From: Nitrospirota bacterium
GTDB lineage: Bacteria; Nitrospirota; Nitrospiria; Nitrospirales; Nitrospiraceae
Length of the DNA: 64,000 nucleotides
Direction of reading: 5' to 3'
NCBI GenBank assembly: GCA_963703955.1
Contig: CAVPGK010000023.1
Span: forward strand, 1 to 64,000
Below, in pieces: positions 41,520-51,383 of this stretch; the stretch's first letter is position 1, and each line of letters opens with the position of its first letter. Below the pieces are notes generated by a model that saw only the letters and a list, made by a program, of their open reading frames with translations, searched no databases and had not been told where the DNA came from. A program made the translations under genes and the position numbers.

Positions 41520-42047
41520 CTAGGCTTTGACCGCCTCTTTCACTTCCTCGGGCTGCTTCACGAAGACCCGCTTCTGCATGATGCGCTCCTGAAGTTTCAA
41601 GACGCCGTCGAACAGGGCTTCCGGAGTCGGCGGACAGCCGGGCACGTAAATGTCCACGGGGACAAAGCGATCCACGCCCTGCACCACGCTGTAGCTGTCA
41701 TAGATGTTCCCGGAGGTGGCGCATGAACCCATCGCGATGACATACTTCGGCTCCGGCATCTGATCGTAGATCTTTCTGATCACAGGCGCCATGCGGCGAC
41801 ACACGGTTCCGGCCACGATCATGAGATCGGATTGGCGGGGCGAGGCTCGAAACACACCGGCTCCGTACCGATCCATGTCATACCTGGAAGAGACGGCCGC
41901 GATCATCTCGATCGCGCAGCACGCTAACCCGAATGTCATCGGCCAGAGCGACCCCTTGCGAGCCCAGTTGACCGCTTTTTCCAGCGAGGCGGTAATCACC
42001 CCCACATCTCCGTCTTTGTCATGGCGTCTGATTTGTATCAACCCCAT
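41520..42047 (-). CDS. nuoB: NADH-quinone oxidoreductase subunit B
   Basis: [24 protein letters not shown]. Confidence 0.96.
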   Translation of the reverse strand: MGLIQIRRHDKDGDVGVITASLEKAVNWARKGSLWPMTFGLACCAIEMIAAVSSRYDMDRYGAGVFRASPRQSDLMIVAGTVCRRMAPVIRKIYDQMPEPKYVIAMGSCATSGNIYDSYSVVQGVDRFVPVDIYVPGCPPTPEALFDGVLKLQERIMQKRVFVKQPEEVKEAVKA

Positions 42048-42070
42048 GCTACTACCTCGTGACTATCGAA

Positions 42071-42199
42071 AGGGATGGCCAGATTGCGCTCCATTGCGCG
42101 CATGTTATCACCTACCCAACCCCAGGCGCGCCCCTTCCCGAGCGAGCACCGTCTGGGTGTGCGGGCTGTGCGAGCACGAAGGGCAGTCTGGCCTTCCCT
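42071..42199. repeat. 129-bp MITE-like element between nuoA and nuoB
   Basis: agggatggccagattgc / gcagtctggccttccct terminal inverted repeat (15/17); internal ggcgcgccccttccc core. Confidence 0.7.
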
Positions 42200-42582
42200 C
42201 AGTCCCACTCCAACGCTCCTTTTCGCCAGGCATACACATAGGCCACCAAGAACAGGCCGATAAAGATCAGCATCTCGACCAACCCGATAAGCCCGATCTG
42301 ATCAAACACCACCGCCCAGGGATAGAGAAAGATGACCTCAATATCAAAGATGACAAACAACATGGCGAAAATGTAATACCGAACGGGAAACGGCATCCGA
42401 GCGTCCGAAAATGGCTCGCTTCCGCATTCGTATGCGCTCAGTTTCTCCGCTTCCGGATACTTAGGCTGGACGAGATAGCTGAGTACAAGCGTGACGACAC
42501 CAAAAGTCAGCGCGATAGCAATGAACAACAGGATCGGAAAATAGCGGGCCAGGTAGTCATAGAGCAATTCACTGCCGCTCAC
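42199..42582 (-). CDS. nuoA: NADH-quinone oxidoreductase subunit A
   Basis: K...YECG, FVIFDIE..FLYPWA, KGALEW; GTG start after gaggag. Confidence 0.95.
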   Translation of the reverse strand: MSGSELLYDYLARYFPILLFIAIALTFGVVTLVLSYLVQPKYPEAEKLSAYECGSEPFSDARMPFPVRYYIFAMLFVIFDIEVIFLYPWAVVFDQIGLIGLVEMLIFIGLFLVAYVYAWRKGALEWD

Positions 42583-43187
42583 GGAGACTCCTCGTAAGTA
42601 CCGGCCCACTCTCTAGTCGGCCCGATCAGATCATATCCGGGCCGTCTACCGTCGAAACACGTTGACTTCTAATGAGGATTCGGCCATTTTAGTCAGGCTC
42701 CTAGGTCAAATTCAAGCGAACAATGGACCTAACGGCGCTTACCGATAGCCCTATTCAAGCGGTCGCCTCAAAAGGCAATTGTCTGAGGGCGGGACGCGAC
42801 CACGGAAGGCCGGCCTCAGCAAAGAAGGAATCGTCTGTCCACAGCTAAGGAGAGCGATGGTGACCTTTGTTTGCCTTATCCATTTGGTCCGCAGGCATCT
42901 TCAGATGTGGTGGGCTTTGAGAATCCTCATTCCATTCGGCCTCCATAGGGAGCACTGCTTTCGCTTTCTTGCGTCGATGAATTTGGGTTTCTATGCGGCG
43001 CTTTGCATCATTGGATGATTGGGCAGTCTTTATAGTTTCTCTTTGTGGATCTTGAGGTGCGCTGCCAACCATAATTCCCCCGCTTGGAAAGAAACAGCTA
43101 TAGTACTTTGACCTGCCGGATGTAGGACCACACACCCTAGCATCTGCCGAAATGGCCTGTCAAACCAGGCTAACCCATTGCGTTCCC

Positions 43188-43215
43188 TTGACAAGTCGTC
43201 ATCCTTTGCTATGTT
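43188..43215 (+). promoter_or_regulatory. Putative sigma70 promoter
   Basis: TTGACA-N16-TATGTT with extended -10 TG, 35 nt before ATG 43250. Confidence 0.5.
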
Positions 43216-43249
43216 TTTCGATGGCACTTAGCTAAGGGGGCGACGACTG

Positions 43250-44647
43250 ATGCTAAAGAATAGACACCAACGGTTGATGCCGCTGATCGTTGCAGGGATT
43301 TTGGGTTGGTCGTCCTCGGCAATTTCTGCCGATCCCCAACTGGTCGATGTCACATACGGCGATGGAGCGCTCGCATTTTCTGCGGGCTTTATTCGCCAAT
43401 CCGTCGTCTCCGAGGGTATCGTTGCTAGGACCCCGGACAATAAGACGGTGCTGGGGAAGGGCGACCTGGTCTACCTGCGCATGAACCACCTCGCTGACGT
43501 TACTCCCGGCCGCCTGTATACCCTCTATCGACGTTCCCAGAAGGTGTTTCATCCCGGTAATCGTCGATATCTTGGCGACCTGATCAACGTCATGGGAATC
43601 GTCCGGATCGCCAAGATCAGTCATGAATTCGCCGTGGCGACAATCGAACGCTCTTATGGTCCCATTGTGCCTGGAAACGGAGTCATGCCATTTGTGGTAG
43701 CACAGGATCAACCTGGTGCGCCCGATCGGTCGTTTCCTGAAGTCCCCGGCATGATTGTGGAAATGGAGATCCAGCGCTCTCTGGTCGCACAGAATCATAA
43801 AGTCTATCTCGATTGGGGACGCGAAGACGGGCTTGCGGTCGGAGACCGGTTGGAGGTGTTTCGGGTTCGAGCAGGACAACCGGACCGGCCGGTGGGAGAA
43901 GTCAAGGTTGTTGCCTTGGAAGACCGCACCGCGACTGGCCTCATCGTGCGTTCAACCACTCAGTTCGCTCTCGGAGACCGTTTCGTCATCAAGGAAACTG
44001 CTAGCGATACGACTCACCCAGGCGCGCAGCCGACTACGAGCCATCCGACCCACGCCCGAACGAATGCCCGCCAGACCCTCTCTCAATCCTTGGGCGCCGA
44101 GATCGCTAGAGGTGACGTGAGCGTTACACAAGAGGGCGACAAGATCAGGATCAATCTGGGCGACCTCGTCGACCAGCTTGAGTACGAATCAGGGCACGCT
44201 CCGATCAAGCCGAGCGGGCTCAAGATTCTGAAGCAGATCAGCGACATCCTGAAAACCATGACAGACCAGCAGATTCAGGTTGAGGGACATACCGACAACA
44301 TGCAGATCGGCCCAAGCCTGGTCAGCCGATTCCCCACCAACCAGGAACTTTCAGAAGCCCGCGCGAATTTGATCGTCCGCTACTTCATGGAAGAAGGGCT
44401 CGATCCGTCAAGTCTCTCCGCAGTCGGTTATGCAGATAAAAGGCCGGTGACGAGCAACGCGACGGAGGACGGACGGCGAAAAAACCGTCGCATTGAAATC
44501 GAGCTCTCTCCGAAAACGCCCACTCAGCCGATTCTCGCTCCTCTTTCATCTAACCTGAACATTGGAGGAGAGATCGTTCAGGATTCGCCAAGTGACGGGC
44601 CTCAGGATACGGCGCAGAACCCAGTCGACCAGGTTCCAGCACCGTAG
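43250..44647 (+). CDS. Secreted protein with beta-rich N-terminal repeats and C-terminal OmpA/MotB-like peptidoglycan-binding domain
   Basis: Signal peptide; VEGHTD, N.ELSEARA, NRRIEI. Confidence 0.8.
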   Translation: MLKNRHQRLMPLIVAGILGWSSSAISADPQLVDVTYGDGALAFSAGFIRQSVVSEGIVARTPDNKTVLGKGDLVYLRMNHLADVTPGRLYTLYRRSQKVFHPGNRRYLGDLINVMGIVRIAKISHEFAVATIERSYGPIVPGNGVMPFVVAQDQPGAPDRSFPEVPGMIVEMEIQRSLVAQNHKVYLDWGREDGLAVGDRLEVFRVRAGQPDRPVGEVKVVALEDRTATGLIVRSTTQFALGDRFVIKETASDTTHPGAQPTTSHPTHARTNARQTLSQSLGAEIARGDVSVTQEGDKIRINLGDLVDQLEYESGHAPIKPSGLKILKQISDILKTMTDQQIQVEGHTDNMQIGPSLVSRFPTNQELSEARANLIVRYFMEEGLDPSSLSAVGYADKRPVTSNATEDGRRKNRRIEIELSPKTPTQPILAPLSSNLNIGGEIVQDSPSDGPQDTAQNPVDQVPAP

Positions 44648-44746
44648 CCGCATCTCGAAGACTGCTCCGGTATGATTACCTCCCCACCGCTGATCCGGCA
44701 CTGATCTCCGATTGTCACACCCGGACAGGCATTGCTAGAATGCCGC

Positions 44747-47185
44747 ATGTCTGATGCCTCATCCCCTTCCACCAATCGTTCCGCTCCACTGGCCGGCGGA
44801 CTGCCGATCCTTGCCGATGTGATCATTCCCCGCCATCTCAATCGTCCATTTACGTACCTCATTCCACCCCGTATGCAAGCACGCCTGGCTATCGGAAGCC
44901 GCGTGCGGGTGCCGTTTGGTTCAACGACGCTGCAGGGCGTTGTGGTCTCACTCTTCACAGATGTCCCGGACAAGAACAGAACCGAGAATTCCGGAAAGGG
45001 CCGGCGATTGCGGGAAGTGATCGATCTGCTGGACGAGTCGCCAGGAACCAACCTGCCAAGCGACCTGATCGAATTGAGCCGTGTGATCTCTGAGCGCTAT
45101 CTGACTCCTTGGGGTCAATGTCTTCGCCTCATTCTTCCTCCGACTAGCCACCCCAAGAGAACTCGATACTCTCTGACCGATTCCGGGCGAGCGATCCTCG
45201 ATGAGCTCGATCATAAGAATCGACTGTCACCGACGAGCCGGTCGGTCTTGTCACGTCTCGGCCGGGCCCTCAACGGATTGTCGGTCGGCACCTTGCGACA
45301 AGGCATTCGCGGTGCGCTCGGGAAGACTCTGGCTTCCCTCAAGCACAGGCGATTCGTCCAGGAGGTCGTGGACAACCGCGCGGACGTTCAAGGGAACCGG
45401 CGAAGACGACGGAGACTGCCTCCGAGTGAAACGGGCCCCACCCAATTCCCCCCTCCACCCCGCCATACGATTCCACCAACAGCGGCGCCGACAATGGATA
45501 GCATGCACCGAATCCGCACAGCCATTGCCAACCAGCAGTACGCTCGCATTTTCTTACAGATACCTATCCATGAACGCTTCAACGCCCTCGCGCAAGCTGC
45601 CCAGGAGGCGCTATCCCATCATCGCACCGTTTTGATCGTAACCCCTGAAATCGCGCGGGCCGAAACCCTGGCGGCGCACTTCAAGTCGCAATGGGGAGCG
45701 CGGGTCGACCTATTCCACGGCGGCCTGTCCGCGACCGCTCGTGCCGCCACCTGGTCTCGCACACGCCAAGGGGTGGTTCGCCTGGTCGTGGGAACGCGGT
45801 CTGCGATTTTCTGCCCACTTCCGTCTCTGGGCCTAATCTGTGTCGAGGACGAACATGATCCGTCGTTGAAGGAGGAAACTGAGCCCCGATATCACGCTCG
45901 CGACGTGGCCTCGATGCGCGCTCTACGAGACGGTGCTGCGCTGCTGCTCATCTCAGCCCATCCTTCGCTTGAGACGTTTCACGCCGCCAATCAGGGACGG
46001 AATCAAGAGAGCACGACCCACGACGGGGAACACGCGGGAGGATCTATCCTCCTGAAGTGGCCATCAGTGTCACCGGCCATTCAGGTAATCGATCTCCGGC
46101 AGCATCCCAGTGACACGCTCCTGTGCGAGCCGATGGTCGCCGGAATCCAAGCCGCCCTCGATTCCCATGTGGGAGTCATGCTCTTCCTAAACCGCAAAGG
46201 ATTTGCCTCCGCACTCCTATGTCGAGAATGCGGTAGGTCTCTGCACTGCCCGCACTGTAGTATAGCCCTGACCTTTTACAAGCAGGCCAGGTGTCTCTCC
46301 TGTCGATACTGTGGCTCTTCCTTGGCGCTTCCCGATGTCTGCCCTTTCTGCTCAGCCGCCAAACTGGAGCCGGTCGGAGCAGGGACGGAGCGGATCGAAG
46401 CCATCGTGCGGCGCCTCTTTCCCAAGGCCAAGATCGGGAGGCTTGACCGTGAGGTCTCACGCGCTCAAGCAGATGCCACCCGTCGGCACGTCTTGTCCGG
46501 TGAGATCGAGATTCTTATCGGTACTCAAATGCTTTTTCATGGGTGTCCACTACCACTCGCTGGCTTCATCGGCCTGGTTCGTGCAGACGCCGGTTTGCAT
46601 CTCCCGGACTTTCGAGCTGGTGAACGCACCTTTCATGCTCTCATGGACGTGGTAGCGATGGCCCGCCCACGGGAATCGGGAGGGAATGTCGTGCTTCAAA
46701 CCTACCTGCCGACCCATCATGTCATCGCGGCCGTAGCGGAGCAAAATCCGGTGATGTTCTATGATCAGGAACTGGCCTTCCGCCGCATGTTAGCCTACCC
46801 TCCGTTTGCACATCTCATCGGCCTCCGCGTGACCGGAACGCACGAGGATCGTGTCAGACACGCCGCCGAGCAGTGGGCCAACCGATTGAGAGCCGCGGCG
46901 GCGGCGAGTCTCTCGACGGCACGGGCCTCTCAGCGTGGCCTGCCCACTTGGGCAGTTGATGGTGAACACCCGCAAGATAGGCCTCATGAAGTGTCGGTGT
47001 TGGGATCTGTCCCCTCAGCAGTGACCCTACTCCGTGGACGGTACCGTTGGCAGCTTCTGGTGAAATCGACCTGCGCGGAGGCGGCCCGAATGACGGTTCG
47101 GATGACCTTGGATGATCTGGAGCGGACCCGGGGGCAAGGCGGTCTCAAATATGAAGTCGACGTGGACCCCGTGGCCATGATGTAA
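44747..47185 (+). CDS. priA: Primosomal protein N' (PriA)-like, helicase motifs degenerate
   Basis: FTY.IP...G.RV.VPFG 3'-binding domain; GTRSAIF.P, LNRKG, eight-Cys Zn region, DVDP terminus. Confidence 0.88.
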   Translation: MSDASSPSTNRSAPLAGGLPILADVIIPRHLNRPFTYLIPPRMQARLAIGSRVRVPFGSTTLQGVVVSLFTDVPDKNRTENSGKGRRLREVIDLLDESPGTNLPSDLIELSRVISERYLTPWGQCLRLILPPTSHPKRTRYSLTDSGRAILDELDHKNRLSPTSRSVLSRLGRALNGLSVGTLRQGIRGALGKTLASLKHRRFVQEVVDNRADVQGNRRRRRRLPPSETGPTQFPPPPRHTIPPTAAPTMDSMHRIRTAIANQQYARIFLQIPIHERFNALAQAAQEALSHHRTVLIVTPEIARAETLAAHFKSQWGARVDLFHGGLSATARAATWSRTRQGVVRLVVGTRSAIFCPLPSLGLICVEDEHDPSLKEETEPRYHARDVASMRALRDGAALLLISAHPSLETFHAANQGRNQESTTHDGEHAGGSILLKWPSVSPAIQVIDLRQHPSDTLLCEPMVAGIQAALDSHVGVMLFLNRKGFASALLCRECGRSLHCPHCSIALTFYKQARCLSCRYCGSSLALPDVCPFCSAAKLEPVGAGTERIEAIVRRLFPKAKIGRLDREVSRAQADATRRHVLSGEIEILIGTQMLFHGCPLPLAGFIGLVRADAGLHLPDFRAGERTFHALMDVVAMARPRESGGNVVLQTYLPTHHVIAAVAEQNPVMFYDQELAFRRMLAYPPFAHLIGLRVTGTHEDRVRHAAEQWANRLRAAAAASLSTARASQRGLPTWAVDGEHPQDRPHEVSVLGSVPSAVTLLRGRYRWQLLVKSTCAEAARMTVRMTLDDLERTRGQGGLKYEVDVDPVAMM

Positions 47186-47302
47186 GGAGAGGAACAGGCA
47201 CCCTGGCTGATCGCAACGCTTGCACTTCTTACGAGAAGCGGTCAACCAAAGCACGTGTTCGCATAGAGCGATTTCCAGAGAGAGCAGTCAGTGAGAGGTT
47301 CC

Positions 47303-47710
47303 CTAACGTGATTTCCCCTTCATCGGTTTTGCGGGCTCGCTTGCTGAGTCTGTCTTCTTTCTCATCCACTTGAATATTCCGTACGCGAAGGTCATCCAGA
47401 ATATGGCCGAGAAGATGCCGAAGAGCATGGCCGTGAGAATCAGTCCCATCTGTTGCTCGGTGGGCTCGGCCTCTGCCATACGGACCTGCACCATTGTCAC
47501 GATGGGCCAGGCCAGGCTTTCGATACCGAGAAACAAGGTCGCCCAGGCCCACACCGCGCCGATCGTCTGACTTAGCCACGCAAGCAACCCCGCTCCGGCC
47601 AGGCCCAACGCGACCATCATCGCGAGCGGCAATTCTCCCCAGATCATCCAGAATCCCAGCGTGACCACGAGACTTCCCAGCACCGCGTTCAACCGTATCC
47701 ACCACATCAT
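47303..47710 (-). CDS. Hypothetical membrane protein (about 4 TM)
   Basis: Four hydrophobic segments and a basic tail. Confidence 0.7.
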   Translation of the reverse strand: MMWWIRLNAVLGSLVVTLGFWMIWGELPLAMMVALGLAGAGLLAWLSQTIGAVWAWATLFLGIESLAWPIVTMVQVRMAEAEPTEQQMGLILTAMLFGIFSAIFWMTFAYGIFKWMRKKTDSASEPAKPMKGKSR

Positions 47711-47849
47711 CGCTCAGCGAATAGCTTCAGGCTTGGTTGTTGGCTATTCACTACCGGCTATTTGCGCTCAATTCTCGAGTGAAGTCAACGATCGGTGCTC
47801 CTGGCCATCCGGTTGCGTTGGTCCGACCGTTCCAGTATGGTACGAGAAA

Positions 47850-48675
47850 ATGGAAGCCATGGGTTTGAATAGGCTCGTGATGAGCGACCTTGACGGGACC
47901 TTGCTTGATCCCGTCACGTACTCCTTTGGCTCGGCCGCCAGCGCGTTGGACGGGATCAGAACGAGAGGAATCCCGCTTGTGCTCGCATCGAGCAAGACTC
48001 GCGCGGAAATGGAGCCCATCCGGTATCAGCTCAATCATTCCGGTCCTTTTATCGTGGAAAATGGCGGCGCTGTGTTCATCCCCAAGGGATTTTTCTCGTT
48101 TCCCCTGGACGGCACCGCGCTTCGCGGACCGTATCAGGTGATCGAGCTGGGGATCCCCTACGCCAAACTTCGCTCCTGGTTGAAGGAAATTGCCCAAGTC
48201 TTGGAGTGCCCGATTCGAGGGTTCGGTGATATGTCCGTCGAAGAGGTGAGCAAACGGACAGGACTATCCCACGCAGAGGCGGTGCTGGCCAAGCAACGGG
48301 AATACGATGAGCCCTTCGTCCTCGAGGGACCGCCGACACTCACCGAGGAAGTTCATCGCCTTGCCGAGGAGCGGGGGCTGGTCTGTACGCGTGGCGGCCG
48401 CTTTTATCATCTGCTGGGACTCAGTGATAAAGGCCAGGCCTGTCGATACCTCATTGAATGCTTTCCGTCGGCACGCCGCCGCGCTGCAGACCATCGGTCT
48501 TGGTGACAGTCTCAATGATCTTCCGATGCTTCAAGCGGTCGATCAGCCGGTTCTCGTGCAACGGCCGGACGGCTCCTATGATCCGGATGTGGTGCTCCCT
48601 AATCTTATTCGAGCTCCCGGCATCGGGCCAGCCGGTTGGAACGAAGCCATCCTCACTCTGTTGCGCGAGGCGTGA
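47850..48675 (+). pseudogene. mpgP: Mannosyl-3-phosphoglycerate phosphatase-like HAD enzyme, +1 frameshift near 48460-48467
   Basis: DLDGTLLD, SSKTRAE, ENGG, REYDEPF, GGRF, DKG; GLGDSLND.PML and GPAGWN continue in the next frame; possibly a sequencing error. Confidence 0.8.
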
Positions 48676-48784
48676 GCCTTCCAGTTGTCGGCATCCACAT
48701 TCAACGGTTCGTGAGAGAACCATACCGTTCACCGCCATGGCTGGCGGCTCTCATGAACAACCGAGGATACGGTCAGGATCACGA

Positions 48785-49960
48785 ATGGAACTGAAAGACC
48801 TGCTGTTCGGTTTAATCATTATTTACGCTTCTGCGAAAGTGATGGGCGAGCTCGCGGTGCGGGTTGGGCAATCGGCCGTCTTGGGCGAGCTCTTGGCCGG
48901 TGTGCTGGTGGGAGGGAGCGTGCTGGGGCTTGTGCATGAAACGGAAACCCTCAAGCTGCTCGGCGAGATCGGTGTGATGTTGTTGTTGTTTGAAGTGGGC
49001 CTTGAATCCGACTTGCAGTCTTTCTTGCGTGTCGGTCGTTCGGCCGCAGCGGTGGCCGCCATCGGGGTGATCGTGCCGTTCGGCCTGGGCTACCCTCTCG
49101 CTCTTGCGCTCAACCTTAACCACATGCAGGCCGTGTTCATCAGCGCCACTCTCACTGCGACCAGCGTGGCCATCTCGGCCCGGGTTCTCTCCGACCTCAA
49201 TAGGCTCAAGACAGCGGAAGGAAACATCATCCTCGGGGCGGCCGTCATCGACGACATTCTGGGACTCGTCATCCTGGCTGTTGTGCTCGGCCTGGCCGCC
49301 TCAGGTACGGTCTCCTGGCTTCAAGCCGGACGCACGGCCGGTTTGGCCGTGTTGTTCCTTACTGGCGCCATAGTCCTCGGAATCAAGTACGCGCACCTCT
49401 TCAGCAGGTTGGTCAACCTTATGAGGACGAGAGGCGCGCTCATTAGCGCTGCAATGATCTTTATTCTGTTGCTCGGCTACCTTTCCGAAGAGTTGCAAAT
49501 GGCCCCTCTTATCGGGGCCTTCGCCGCCGGGCTCATCTTGGCGCGGACCGAACATCACGCGCGCATCGTGGATTTTATGAAACCCGTCGCCGACGTGGTC
49601 GTTCCCGTCTTCTTCGTCATGATCGGAGCGGCAGTGGATCTCAGTCACCTGAACCCCTTCAACCCCCAAAACGTCACCGTCCTCTGGCTGGCCGCAGGAC
49701 TGACGATGGCTGCGATCATCGGCAAGCTGGCTTCCGGACTCGGAGCGATCGGTGAGAAGGCCAACCGGTGGGCGATCGGGGTCGGCATGATTCCTCGGGG
49801 CGAGGTCGGCATCATTTTCGCTAGCGTGGGACTGTCCTCGGCCATCATCGACCAAGCCCAATACAGCGCGATTCTGGTCATGGTCGCGCTGACCACTCTC
49901 ATGGCGCCTATTCTGCTCAAGCTGCTGTTCAAGCAATCTTCTTCGAGGGTGCCTCAGTAA
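48785..49960 (+). CDS. Cation:proton antiporter (CPA2, NapA/KefB-like)
   Basis: ATSVAI, GAAVIDDILG, GMIPRGEVG. Confidence 0.9.
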   Translation: MELKDLLFGLIIIYASAKVMGELAVRVGQSAVLGELLAGVLVGGSVLGLVHETETLKLLGEIGVMLLLFEVGLESDLQSFLRVGRSAAAVAAIGVIVPFGLGYPLALALNLNHMQAVFISATLTATSVAISARVLSDLNRLKTAEGNIILGAAVIDDILGLVILAVVLGLAASGTVSWLQAGRTAGLAVLFLTGAIVLGIKYAHLFSRLVNLMRTRGALISAAMIFILLLGYLSEELQMAPLIGAFAAGLILARTEHHARIVDFMKPVADVVVPVFFVMIGAAVDLSHLNPFNPQNVTVLWLAAGLTMAAIIGKLASGLGAIGEKANRWAIGVGMIPRGEVGIIFASVGLSSAIIDQAQYSAILVMVALTTLMAPILLKLLFKQSSSRVPQ

Positions 49961-50142
49961 AAGACAAATTCTCGGGAATCTTCAGACCACGGAGCGACTT
50001 CTTAGCTTTACCATTGACCTTGGTGGAGGCCGCTTGACTCACCGGGCATCAACCGGACATCTTGTCCTCCTCGAAGACCAATCAATTGAAGCTAGCGGAA
50101 GGGCGGTCAGTCCGGGCGGCAACTTCTCCCGGCCTCTAGGAA

Positions 50143-50520
50143 TCAGGACGCGGGCTTAAATCCATTCTTCACGCAATACGTGGGCATGAGGTCGCCGCCG
50201 TGCCCTTCGGACTTGTGCGTCCAAGAGCGCAGGGTGCCTTGCTTATCGAAGGTGAGAACGTATTCGTCGCACCAGGTCCCCGGTGCTCCCTATTTATTCT
50301 GGGCTCCCGGTTCTTGCTGATAGATTTCGTAAACCCAGACCGGATCCCCAGCTTTGGTGGACGCGACCAGATGGGGTTGTCCCAGTCGCTGGCGAACCTC
50401 CTCTTGGGTAGCCCGATCCTGCACCGATTTCAGGTAGAGTGTTTCCTCGGGGATGAACACCGTGCACCCGCCTCCTAGCAGAGCCAGGCCGACGAGAGCC
50501 GTCTTGAGGAGAGTCTTCAT
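50143..50520 (-). pseudogene. Lipoprotein with in-frame TAG at 50290-50292
   Basis: GGC lipobox, V...LG.P.......W.Y pattern; the frame continues past TAG (GAPGTWCDEYVLTFD...) to TGA at 50143. Confidence 0.7.
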
Positions 50521-50835
50521 TTGAAATCCAAGGGGAAAAATCTTTTCGTCTAACCAACCAGTTTCGTGCGGGGACCTAATCAAACACAAACTCATTCAAG
50601 GCGTCAGACCCACCAGCGCGGATACACGCTGTGGAGCATCTGAAAACAAAATCAGCCTCTTCTTGTCAATCTTGAGGTAACATGCCGTCGCACTCTTGAT
50701 GAAAGGTAATACGTATACACTGACCTCCTAACTACATCAATGGGCTACAGCGCAAGGGATCCTCGCCCCCCTCGATTCTGCTCGGCTCCCTGCGCTGTAT
50801 TCTTTGTGAACCCTCAAACTTGGGCTATGCAGTCT

Positions 50836-50887
50836 TAACGGAATTATGCCGGTCTGCATAACACGCCAAGGCAGCACTGTAGGAGGT
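50836..50887 (+). promoter_or_regulatory. Repeated intergenic motif, copy 2 (core CGGAATTATGCCGGTC at 50839-50854), ending in RBS aggaggt
   Basis: Similarity to 5162-5211 and 53819-53834. Confidence 0.5.
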
Positions 50888-51104
50888 GTGATGAGATACC
50901 CCCGTGTTGCGCATTTCCCTCAAGAAAATACCTGCGACTAAAAGGACTACTGGGAATCTTTGGCGCAAGAGTTAACCGGGGAAGCGCTGGGCGAACGGAA
51001 GAGACGAGAATCGCAGATCGATGACCTCGCCAAACTCATTCTTATTCACGTGAATACAGGAAGCTGGATTTAGCTGCAACTGTCTCTCCTGTCCACACTC
51101 CGGT

Positions 51105-51368
51105 CTAGTCCATTAACAGTTGATCCACGTAGCACCAACGCCAGAGTTCCCCTGGTTCAACGGAACGGATGATGGGATGGTTGGTCGTGTGAAAGTGCTT
51201 CGTAGCGTGCTTGTTTTTCGAGGAATCGCAGCACCCGACGTGGCCACAGGTGAGACACATTCTCAAATGGACCCAACGATCTTTCATTCTCAAACACTCC
51301 TCGCAGCCGGAGGCGCTTGGCGTGACGTTATGGATCTGGTCGAGATGGGTGCAGGCTGCTTGTGGCAT
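51105..51368 (-). CDS. UBP-type zinc-finger protein
   Basis: C.H, CEEC, HLRMCLTCGHVGCCDSS, HAT.H, WCY.D. Confidence 0.9.
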   Translation of the reverse strand: MPQAACTHLDQIHNVTPSASGCEECLRMKDRWVHLRMCLTCGHVGCCDSSKNKHATKHFHTTNHPIIRSVEPGELWRWCYVDQLLMD

Positions 51369-51383
51369 GATCGGTCCCCTTTC

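Noticed and set aside
42845..43135. Small ORF upstream of nuoA
   Set aside because: No motif or clear RBS; cannot be distinguished from a chance ORF in a divergent promoter region
48458..48784. Long N-terminal extensions in the ORF track (also 13834, 16673, 25987, 47661, 57336 and 5158 starts)
   Set aside because: They overlap neighbouring genes or repeats; family-typical starts lie downstream
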